From: Podarcis filfolensis
Lineage: Eukaryota
Length of the DNA stretch: 64,000 bases
Assembly: GCA_964270895.1 (NCBI GenBank)
Contig: OZ185435.1
Reading direction: 5' to 3' (one strand)
Positions 37,305-47,455 of the stretch are shown here, one piece after another. The notes under the pieces are model-generated. The model was not told the origin of the DNA. It made no database searches and worked only from the letters and a program-made list of their open reading frames with translations. The translations under genes and the position numbers were made by a program. Within the stretch, counting starts at the first letter, position 1. Each line of letters opens with the position of its first letter.

Positions 37305-37602
37305 TGTTGTTGTTGTTTAGTCGTTTACTCGTGTCCAGCTCTTCGTGACCCCATGGACCAGAGCACGCCAGGCACCCCTGTCTTCCACTGCCTCCCGCAG
37401 CTTGGTCAGACTCATGTTTGTCGCTTCAAGAACACTGTCCAACCATCTCATCCTCTGTCGTCCCCTTCTCCTTGTGCCCTCCATCTTTCCCAACATCAGG
37501 GTCTTTTCCAGGGACTCTTCTCTTCTCATGAGGTGGCCAAAGTATTGGAGCCTCAGTGAGCACCCTGGAAGGACAGATCGTGAAGCTGAGGCTCCAATAC
37601 TC
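37305..37602 (-). mobile_element. 5'-truncated BovB (RTE) LINE with 5' inversion
   Basis: Minus ORF SLEKTLMLGKMEGTRRRGRQRMRWLDSV is the BovB ORF C-terminus; (CAA)n tail; 10-bp TSD AGATATCCAT at 37295-37304 and 37603-37612; 16-bp inverted repeat 37541-37556 / 37586-37601. Confidence 0.9.
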
Positions 37603-38013
37603 AGATATCCATACTCAGTTGCAACTTCTTTGAATTTTTGAATGTGCTGCCAATGTGCATGTTACTGTGTAATGCTTTCCATGAATGCATGTGCTGTCCG
37701 ACTGGGAAGCCCAGGTGCTGCCAACTTTTGATAGACTGTGTCCATTTCTGAAGAGGTCAGTACATGAGTGACTAGATATATTTTGGCCTCCTGATGACTC
37801 TCGACTATACAACTCTTGACTATACAAAAAAAAATGCAGTTCCTTTAGTACATGATTTCCAAATGGTCTACTTAAAGTTAGTTTCTAAACTCTCTCTGGG
37901 TTTTAATCCTGCATTGTTGCCACAGTTGCTACAAACATCAGACTTGTTCTATTGTAGAGCACACTAGAGTACCGTTATATTCATTGCTAATCTTATTTTC
38001 AATCTTTTTGCAG

Positions 38014-38196
38014 GCTGCTGACTTGAGTAAACCAATAGATAAAAGGATATACAAAGGAACACAACCAACGTGTCATGACTTCAATCATTTAACAGCCACG
38101 GCAGAAAGTGTTTCTCTACTAGTGGGCTTCTCTGCAGGCCAGGTGCAACTTATAGATCCTATTAAAAAAGAAACTAGCAAATTATTTAATGAGGAA
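38014..38196 (+). CDS. WDR20: WDR20 coding exon 2 (61 codons, AADLSKPIDKR...KLFNEE)
   Basis: Acceptor TTTTTGCAG|GCT, donor GAA|GTAAGT, 183 nt, phase 0/0; matches recalled WDR20 sequence. Confidence 0.97.
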
Positions 38197-39044
38197 GTAA
38201 GTGGATACCGTAATCTTGGTGCATGCAAACGTTTATTTTCTTTTATGAGTTCTCCATATGCATGTTTGTTTTTCCATTTGAAAATAGTCACCTTGGGGGG
38301 ATACTAGGGGAAGCCTTTGAAAATGGGAAAGCACATTTATATCACATTCTGTGAGAGGGACTGTATCACAGTAATGCACCATGGAAGAGGTGGTGGTTTT
38401 TCTCACACCCTCAGTTTATCACCATTTGCTTATTGTCAGAAGACTGGAGAACTGTATGGGCTATAGCAGTGCACTTAAACTGTGGGCAGCGTTACATCTG
38501 TATCATCTCCTAATCTAAGGGTGGCTAACACTCAGGTTGACTCCCAAAGGCCCAACAATTTTCCCTGGGGCAGCAAAAAATTAAAATAAAGTAGACACAG
38601 TGCTGAAATGGGTAGACTCTACCATTCTGTGATTGCATGAACTGTTATATGGAATGCTCTAGACCTATTTCAGTTAATATTAATGCTTAAAGGCTTGCAT
38701 ATTTGCAGAACATAAATTTATTAGTTCTTGGTTTACCTTCGAGCTTGGACAGCTGCATCCGAAGAGCTCCTTCAGGCGAGTTGCACTCAGTGGTTTCTTA
38801 GCTTGAACAGTTTATTGCTTTGCAGCTTTCCTCAATTTCAAGTATTTTACCATGCAATGAAACTGGCACACATACATACCAGCCTTTGCATGCCCAAGAC
38901 AGTTTTGGAACCATGAAACTTTTGGGGACCATGAAAGTGATTTTTGGATTGCTTAGTAACTATTCTAGAGGGGTAGGTAATTCATAATATAAGACAACTA
39001 TGCCCAAACACCTCCCCCTGTTCTCCTTTTGCATACAAGGCAAG

Positions 39045-39186
39045 ATCACAGAATTGTAGAGTTAGAAGGGACCACAAAGGTCATCTAGTCCAACCCTCTG
39101 CAATGCAGGAGTCTTTTGGCCAACATGGGGCTCGAACCCATGACCCTCAGATTAAGAGTCTCATGCTCTACTGACTTAGCTATCCC
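39045..39186 (-). mobile_element. Short SINE: tRNA-Lys(CTT)-derived head plus CR1-derived tail
   Basis: Minus strand GGGATAGCTAAGTCAGTAGAGCATGAGACTCTTAATCTGAGGGTCATGGGTTCGAGCCCCATGTTGGCC, followed by GGTTGGACTAGATGACC..CAATTCTGTGAT (CR1 end). Confidence 0.85.
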
Positions 39187-41511
39187 AGATCATCAGCTCT
39201 CCAAAGATGGATCAGCACAATTTGGACAAAATGTGCTGCAACTTGCTTTAGGTATAGTTTATCGTTCATTGCAGTGGTTTGTAAAGAAAATATAACACTG
39301 TGAGAGCAGTTGTAAGTCACAAACCGTGTTCCACAATTTTATACTGGCTTTAATGCCTTGTTACTGATGATGATAGATAATAATAATAATAAAAAAAATC
39401 TGGTGCAACTTGAAAGAAGCATTTTTTTGTTTTAACTTGTTGAGGATTAGTATACCATATGATGGTGAGATGTTTGGCTGCCAGATTTTTAAAGTAGAGA
39501 GATCTGTAATTTAATTTGAATACAAATTCTACTTTAAAGTGAGTCTCTAAAATCTGATGCTTAAAGGTCTTGCCTTCTATCCACTCATAAATGTGCTCAG
39601 CAGTTTGCTATAGCAACTCAGGTAGTTGCAAACACATTCAAAACACATTTGCGCATTTCTAGCACCTGTGTCAGTAAAATCGTTAACTGGAAGTCTAACA
39701 TTGATTATGACTCAGTCGAATTATTCTAGAAGGTGGATCCTTGAGTAACCCTGAATATAAACTGGATTGGGTTTGGGGTTTTTTGGTTCTGTTCTCATGA
39801 ATGTCAGCCATACCTATAAAACCTTCTTTTGTTTCATTGGCTGAAAATGTTTCACTTTTCGGGGGTTCAGGAGGCATATTCCTGAAAGTGGTCACCTTAG
39901 TACAGAATATGGTGGACTTTGGGCCGGGCATGTTTTTTTCTTTGAAGTTTGCTGAGACGAGAGTAGTAAAAAACTCTGCATCTCACTATAAATTTGCTAG
40001 CTTGGATCCTATGATAAGTTGACTTAAGGATGCTTACAGGAGACTTTCTCATCTTCTCCTGCTACCGCCCACATGAGAAAAGACTCTCCAGAACAATGTG
40101 AGATGGGGAAATGTGTGTTGGGGGGTGACATCTTCTGCGGGGAGGGGTAATTGCCGAAAATTGGACTTGGATCCCAGTATAAGCTTTAATGTAAGGGATT
40201 TCACAAAAGGAAAGTGTCCTGTTCTCTTCTTTATTATTAATATTACCATCTTTCTCTCCCCTGCCCTCACACCAGGGAAATGCAAACCTTCTTTGCTTGT
40301 ACTGACTCCAGATTATCAGGGATCCATTAGCCCCTATACCTCAACCCACCCTATTCAGCAGGTTCCCCTGAAGCCCTGAGGGGAAATCAGCTTTTGCCAG
40401 CCTCCTTCCATTGACTCTTCTCTAGACCATCCCAGCATTTTCTAGCTACAGCTGCTCATTTAACATATTGTGCATTGTACACAATTTGTCACGTTGGTGT
40501 ATATCCTATATTGAACAAGACAGGGCAAGAACTCTAGGATAGGGTTTTCACATTTCATAATTTGATGATTTTCCCTCAGTGAGCAGCCTTTACATCACTG
40601 TACTAGTGAAAAAGTATGGTATCATAAATTTTAGTTAAATAAATAAGTTGTGTCCCAGTTGAAGACATACTACAGTATTCCAGAGAGGGAAGGACATTTA
40701 GTTTTATAGCTGGTTACAAAAAACCCCCCTGGTATTACTGTTATTTGCTTCTTCCCTTTTTTGTTGTGATGCTTGAATGGCCTAGGTTGGCAGAATAATG
40801 ATAAAACCCACAGAAGTGCCATTACTATCACTTAAAGATAATGAACCCACAGGGCAAATTGCATTGGTTGTTCATAGAAGCCCAGCACAGGTAATTGGAA
40901 GGTGGAATCCGCAACTGAAAATCTCTTCCATCTATTGTAACTAATTACCTTGAATGTCTAGACATCTACACAAAAGCAATGCAGTATTTGTTAAGTGGCT
41001 CAAAGATTTTAACTTGCCCAGATACTAGATCTCTCTCCCAGATCCTAGGTCCAGACTGTCAAAGTATTTTTTAAGTTGAGCATACTTTGCAATTGCCATT
41101 ATTTTTGTTGAAATAACTTCTACTTGCTTCCTATTTTCACTTCAGTAAGTTAGAGCTCTAATACTTAAAGTGGTCCCATTATTCCACTAAATTACTTCTT
41201 CTATTCTGGATCCTTAAAGCCAGGTTCCTTTTTCCAAGGACAAATTAAGTGGTTGTCTTTTCAGGCCCCCGCCCACCCCCAAATCTATGTCAGATTCAGA
41301 TCATGCTGACCATGGTAATGTTACTCCAGATCTACATGGGGTAAGAAAAGCACACAGTACCTTATAACTGAAGTAGTCATAAGCTTGTTTTCTGCAAGTA
41401 GAATAACTTATGTGTATTAAATGCCGACTGGCAGAAAATGAATTACCTTATTAAATGAAAAATCAAAACTGAGATGACTCTGATGTGTACCTTCTTTCCT
41501 TTGTTTTCCAG

Positions 41512-42810
41512 AGACTAATAGACAAGTCCAGAGTAACTTGTGTAAAATGGGTTCCTGGTTCAGAAAGCCTCTTCCTAGTAGCTCATTCCAGTGGCAATAT
41601 GTACTTGTATAATGTGGAACACAATTGTGGTACCACAGCCCCACACTATCAGCTACTCAAACAAGGAGAAAGTTTTGCAGTCCATACATGCAAGAGCAAA
41701 TCTACACGAAACCCTTTGCTTAAATGGACAGTAGGTGAGGGGGCCCTGAACGAATTTGCTTTTTCCCCAGATGGGAAATTCTTGGCATGTGTAAGCCAGG
41801 ATGGCTTTCTTCGTGTATTTAACTTTGATTCTGTGGAGTTGCACGGTACAATGAAAAGCTACTTTGGAGGGCTGCTGTGCGCCTGTTGGAGCCCTGATGG
41901 CAAATACATCGTGACAGGCGGAGAAGACGACTTAGTGACTGTCTGGTCTTTTGTGGACTGCCGAGTGATAGCTAGAGGCCACGGACACAAATCCTGGGTC
42001 AGCGTCGTGGCCTTTGATCCGTATACCACTAGCGTAGAAGAAAGCGACCCAATGGAATTCAGCGGCAGCGACGAGGACTTCCAAGACCTTCTTCATTTTG
42101 GAAGGGATCGAGCAAACAGCACGCAGTCTAGGCTATCTAAAAGGAACTCTACGGACAGTCGTCCAGTAAGTGTCACATATAGGTTTGGTTCAGTGGGCCA
42201 GGACACGCAGCTATGCTTATGGGACCTAACAGAAGATATCCTCTTCCCACACCAACCCCTCTCGAGAGCAAGGACACACACAAATGTCATGAATGCAACC
42301 AGCCCACCTGCAGGAAGCGGTGGAGCTAATCCAGGCAGTAATGGAAACAGCATCACAACACCTGGGAACTCTGTGCCCCCTCCTCTTCCACGGTCCAATA
42401 GCCTTCCACATTCTGCCGTCTCCAATTCTGGCAGTAAAAGCAGTGTCATGGACGGCGCCATTGCCTCTGGCGTTAGTAAGTTTGCAACCTTATCACTACA
42501 TGATCGGAAGGAGAGGCACCACGAAAAAGACCACAAGCGAAACCATAGTATGGGACATATATCTAGTAAGAGCAGTGACAAACTGAACCTAGTTACTAAA
42601 ACCAAAACGGACCCAGCAAAAACTTTGGGAACGCCCCTGTGTCCCAGAATGGAGGAAGTTCCTTTGTTAGAGCCTCTTATCTGTAAAAAGATAGCACACG
42701 AAAGACTGACTGTGTTAATTTTTCTTGAAGACTGTATAGTCACTGCTTGTCAGGAGGGATTTATTTGCACATGGGCAAGGCCTGGTAAAGTGGTAAGTTT
42801 TAACCCTTAA
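41512..42810 (+). CDS. WDR20: WDR20 coding exon 3 (RLIDKSRVT...PGKV); read-through gives VSFNP* (576-aa isoform), internal donor after 42792
   Basis: Acceptor TTGTTTTCCAG|AGA; WD40 repeats (FSPDGKFLA, WSPDGKYIV, GQDTQLCLWD); GTG|GTAAGT at 42792/42793; TAA at 42808-42810. Confidence 0.97.
   Translation, partial: RLIDKSRVTCVKWVPGSESLFLVAHSSGNMYLYNVEHNCGTTAPHYQLLKQGESFAVHTCKSKSTRNPLLKWTVGEGALNEFAFSPDGKFLACVSQDGFLRVFNFDSVELHGTMKSYFGGLLCACWSPDGKYIVTGGEDDLVTVWSFVDCRVIARGHGHKSWVSVVAFDPYTTSVEESDPMEFSGSDEDFQDLLHFGRDRANSTQSRLSKRNSTDSRPVSVTYRFGSVGQDTQLCLWDLTEDILFPHQPLSRARTHTNVMNATSPPAGSGGANPGSNGNSITTPGNSVPPPLPRSNSLPHSAVSNSGSKSSVMDGAIASGVSKFATLSLHDRKERHHEKDHKRNHSMGHISSKSSDKLNLVTKTKTDPAKTLGTPLCPRMEEVPLLEPLICKKIAHERLTVLIFLEDCIVTACQEGFICTWARPGKVVSFNP
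42448..42504 (+). other. WDR20: Nuclear-export-signal segment MDGAIASGVSKFATLSLHD of WDR20
   Basis: The peptide is read directly; identity with the CRM1-dependent NES reported for human WDR20 is from memory. Confidence 0.65.
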
Positions 42811-43359
42811 TGCTGCATCAAAGAAGTAGAACTTGAATAGGTAGTTTTTCTCAAAACATAACTGAATGTTGAATATAAAATTTCTTTATGCTTAATGTAA
42901 AAAAGAAAAAGAAAAAAAGATTATTTCCTCAGAGCCATACTTTTGGATACTGCATGCCATATTTCTGAACGATTTGAAGTGTCTGGCCCAGGTAAAGTTC
43001 TTTTGAAATACAGTTGCCTTCCAGCTGGAGAAGTGTTGTGTATCCAAAGTGTCCGTGATAGTTTTCCTATATTTTCAAAAGCTATTTTTGTATAACATGA
43101 TTCAGACAAATCTAAAAAAAAAATCAACTAGTGAGGGTAGAATTGTAAGGGCATTCAGGATATCGGATTGGTTGCAGCTTGGGTGAGCTGTAGCTTTGCA
43201 TAACATGCATTCTGGGTAAATTGAAGTTGGAACACTTATTCTGACAGGAATCCATAAAGCAGGGTCTGTTCTCACTTTTTTTTCCTTTCCAAAAGTTAGT
43301 CTCTTCCTCCTTCGGTGATCATCTCAACAGCAGTTTTTAGTGTCGCCATTTAAAATTTG

Positions 43360-43377
43360 AATAAACTTGGTATTAAA
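43360..43377 (+). terminator. Proximal polyadenylation signals for the exon-3 read-through isoform
   Basis: AATAAA at 43360-43365 and ATTAAA at 43372-43377, about 550 nt after the stop, with U-rich downstream sequence. Confidence 0.55.
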
Positions 43378-45302
43378 TATACGTTGTAATATTCTGATCT
43401 TTAATATCAATCTTCTCCAAATATGTAAGGTCACTTTTTAAAAGAAGCTTCCTAGTGAATTGTATCCCTTACTCATTTCTACCCCCTAATCACTTTACAG
43501 AACGTTTGTGTTAAAGGTATTTTTAATTCATGCATTTTTCATTAAATCCACAGGCTTAAAATGTGGCACTAGTGATGTCTTCTTTCATGTTAAGAAACTG
43601 AAATTATCTATTTAATATTTAGTACTTTCTACTGATAAAAATTATTTTGCCTTCAAATACTCATGGGCAATTTGCAGGCTATGGCCAAGCTCCAAGACTT
43701 TTGAGGTGGCTTTTGGGCATGCAATTTGGTTGACTTTGGCTTGCTCTTCTCAGAGGGGGCTCCCCAAAAGCAACCATTAAGGGTTGGGGGGATCCTTTAA
43801 TTCAGAACCCAACACTGTGTGAGGGGTTAGAGCTGCAAGCAAAGACTTGGGAAGCCCAGTGTGTGCATTGGAATGCACACATGGGTTCTCCTGATCTCTG
43901 CCTATGATGGATAAACCAGCAAAAGACCCTAAATGGCAGCTGGTTATCTTCTGTAGATCTTCCTGAAGGTTCCTAAACTTGGTTCCTAAATCTTCCAAAA
44001 CTTGGAAAGTGTTGTTGAGAGTTTCTGAAGTGCGTCTGTTTTACAAAATTAACACTCTTCCAGTAGACATTAATGCCCATTTTGACTGTAAGGATTCACA
44101 GCTTCTCTAAAATATGTAATAATTGGATATTTTAAGTGAAATCTTATCAAACATGTTCTGGTATGTAATGTCACCTGTATGCCTTATCTTGGATAGACAA
44201 TCTGGAAAAATACGGCATTGCTTTTCGTGCAGGGGGAATAGCAAATGGTAAGGATAAAGGACAAAACTATGTTCCCAAGTGCTAAAATCATGGAAATGTG
44301 TGTATTTCTGTGCCAGGGCCAAACAGTTTTGAAGGTAATTTTGCAGATGTGCATTGCTGAGCTATCGTTGGTAGCTATCCAAGCCCCTCTGCTTACTATA
44401 TTCTAAAGTAACTTAACATTCACCCTTTGGCTACTTGCATTTCTATTAAGTAAAAATTCTGCAAAGAAGTTGTGTTTAATCGGTACAGGTCGTAACTTGC
44501 ACGCAAATGACAATTTGATTTGGAGCACATTTCAAATATTTCAGAGATAAGTATGCAGTACCAAAAGCTAGGATTTCTATATTTGGCCAATGCGGAAATC
44601 TTTAATTAAAGGTAAGTTTCATGCTGATGTTGTTCACTAGGTCTTTGAAAACTAATATCACACACTGATGTAAATGCCATATTGTTTAGGATGTGTTTAT
44701 TTAGAATGGGTTTCAAATTATTATTATGCTTTATTTTTGCAGTCAGTGAGCTCACTCAGCTGGCCTAAATTAGCAAGTTAGGTGATATGTTTACATGGCT
44801 CTGGCCAAGAAAGTCTTTGTTCCAGAAAGGTGTTAATAAGCACCATTTTCGTTCTATAGGAGAGCACTTACTAAACTTTATACTTATTTAATGAGTCTTC
44901 AGAAACACTCATGGTAACATATTTCTTTCCCTTGGGTTATACACTGCATATGTTAGTCTTGCCTATAGTTTAGTTCCGTAGCTTTTAAAGAGTTTAAAGC
45001 TGCTACCTTCCCGCGTTGACATTTCTCTCCCAGACTCCTCGAAAAGTATTTCCATTGCCCTTTTCCTCTGCTGAATTTGTTTCCCACCCACCCTTTGGCA
45101 GAGGATCTCAGTTGGAAAGAAGGGCCACAAACTTCCAGTTTGAGGAGCAAATGGGCCAGAAGACTCAACCAGTTGCGCAGTCTGAAACCTCACTGCTACT
45201 GAGCCAACCCTGTCTTTTTCCTTCCTCACCTGTCTGTCTGCCAGGCTGATGCAGTCAGGAAAGCAAATGTTATTTTCTTGAGAAGAACAGGGTTCGAATA
45301 GG

Positions 45303-45429
45303 CAGGGACGGGCAACCTGCGGTATTCGTATTGGGCTCCCTTCAGCCCCAGCCATCATGGCTGATGGTTGAGGACGATGGGAGTTGTAGTCTGACCACAC
45401 CTGGAAGGCCGCAGGCTAACCCATCCCTG
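45303..45429. mobile_element. Degenerate hAT palindromic MITE
   Basis: CAGGGACGGGCAACCTGCGG...GATGGGAGTTGTAGT...CCCATCCCTG; no TSD recovered. Confidence 0.65.
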
Positions 45430-46010
45430 GTACGGACAGTCCCTCCCTAGAATAAACAGCTTTTGTCTGGCTGATACTTGGCTAGACTTGAGTCTCAGAG
45501 ACCCATAGGGCAGAGGAAGCCAATGTAGTGCCCTGCAGATGTCACTGGACAATATCTCCCCCCACCACCGCCATAGGGCACAGACAGACTCGCTGCCGGG
45601 TTGGAGCAAGAAGATCTACGCTACAAACATTATGACCTCCGTGTAGCATTCGCACCATGTCTTGAGCTTCCTTAACTTCCTTTCTCTTTTGAAATGCTAC
45701 TTAAACACGAGTTCAGATCTAAAGTACCATGTTCAGCAGAAAACATGGGACAAGCCCATGTTGCATACCGCAGCAACATTTTAGAAGTGCACTAATTTGT
45801 GGGAGAAACTACCTACTCTACAGGAAACAAAACTTCTCAGTAATGACTTTGTAAAAATATATATGTATATATGCTGTACTACTGGGAAAGACAAAACTGC
45901 TTATCTATCTCTCGGCCATTTCCTTCCTGATTACATCGTATGGCAGAGATGGCAGGAAAGCTTTTGCATTTCTTTTGCAGTGCTACTGTCACACATGGAG
46001 GTGTTGCTTT

Positions 46011-46150
46011 CAGTAGCAGGCTAATCTGCAGCCCTCCAGGTGCTACTGGACTGCAGCTCCCATCAACCCCCATGCAGCAGAGCCAAAGGCTGGGGATGAT
46101 GGGAGCTGCAGTCTAGCAAAACCTATTGGGCCAAAGCATTGTTATCCCTG
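46011..46150. mobile_element. Degenerate hAT palindromic MITE
   Basis: GACTGCAGCTCCCATCA / TGATGGGAGCTGCAGTC inverted arms; ends TTATCCCTG. Confidence 0.65.
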
Positions 46151-47449
46151 ATCTACAACCCCTTGTAATTTCAGGGGAACTTGCCACTACTTAACCGGAA
46201 AACTCATGGTAAGAAAGAGTAGACAACTGCAAATGAATACAGTAGTTGAGTGAAATGGCAGCATATACCCTGGCTGAGAAAATGTGTTACCACTTTGTAC
46301 AACAAAATGCACATGAAATTTAGAATATTTATTTGAACTATATTGTACAGGGAAAAATCTAGAGTTAAATTATAGAACGTCCTTTAGTTTTCCAATAAAC
46401 AGGAACTATATAGTACAGCATCATGTTTAAATGAGTTCTATCATTGCTGTTTTAACAGACATTTTGTTTTACTATTTGGGCATGGGAAGACGTCACGTTT
46501 ACTACTAAATCTTCATTGGCAAAGGGCATTTCATTTGTTAGAACTGAAGTATAAAGTGCTGTTGGGAAGTACTATCTTATTTTGTTTGATTTAATTTTAA
46601 ATTCAGGGATGGTTAGGAATTGCTAAATCAGTTCTTGATTTTGAGGTTGCCATGATATAAAATGAAATATATTGAACCATAAACACTGCAAATGGGAGTT
46701 GGGATTCCTTGAAATATTGCCATGCAAAGTTCTCGGGATTGGTGTTGGCTTAGTACACCAGGTTAAGAAGCTGCCCAGTTGAGAGTGGGCCAGTTACTTC
46801 TGTGAAGCCAGGAAAGAGTAATTGCCTTATTATGTGGGTGTCCAGATTAGGAGGGAAAGATTCTTACTAAAGACTTTTCAGAAATGCTTGATCTTTTGGA
46901 ACTCAGTTATGTACTTGAAAAGACTGTATATGTCTCCTCCTACCACGTTAAAGCTACTAAATTTGCATTTAGAATAACTGCTGGCCTGCTTGTGTTCTCA
47001 AAGAAAGAAAACCAGCTAATTTACTGTCACATAACTTGTGTAAAGTTTAAAAGCGAGACTTTTTTCCTGCATTTATGAAATCTGTATACATGAATTTGTT
47101 AAGATTGACACGTTAGGTGATACTGTACAAAATTGTAATGATATAGTGAAAAAAAATCAACAGTAAAATTCATATGTATTTTCTTTATAAACGTCCATCT
47201 AATTTCTTGACAACTTGAATAAATTTCATAAGAGCCTTTCTAACATAACAAATTGTTAAACTAAATTGACTGTTGCAATAATAATGAAGCTTTAATAAGT
47301 ATTGTTATATTTATAATTTTAAAAAATCATGTTTGTTTCATACTGCTTATTTTTTAGCGTTTTATGTCACTGTTTCAGCTGAAGAACCCTACTAAATACT
47401 TGACATTACAGAATAATTTACTGGGGTTGTCCTCTGTATACTGACATTA

Positions 47450-47455
47450 AATAAA
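47450..47455 (+). terminator. Candidate distal polyadenylation signal
   Basis: AATAAA at the end of an AU-rich block, followed by GTGTG; another AATAAA at 47218-47223. Confidence 0.4.

Noticed and set aside
39118-39186. Functional tRNA-Lys gene
   Set aside because: Acceptor stem is disrupted, substitutions are CpG-decay type, and it is fused to a CR1 tail, so it is a SINE head.
41485-41511. MYLLSFVFQ as the N-terminus of a standalone 441-aa protein
   Set aside because: These codons are the polypyrimidine tract and acceptor of exon 3.
42093-42743. 216-aa antisense ORF
   Set aside because: Codon-usage shadow of WDR20 exon 3; no independent support.
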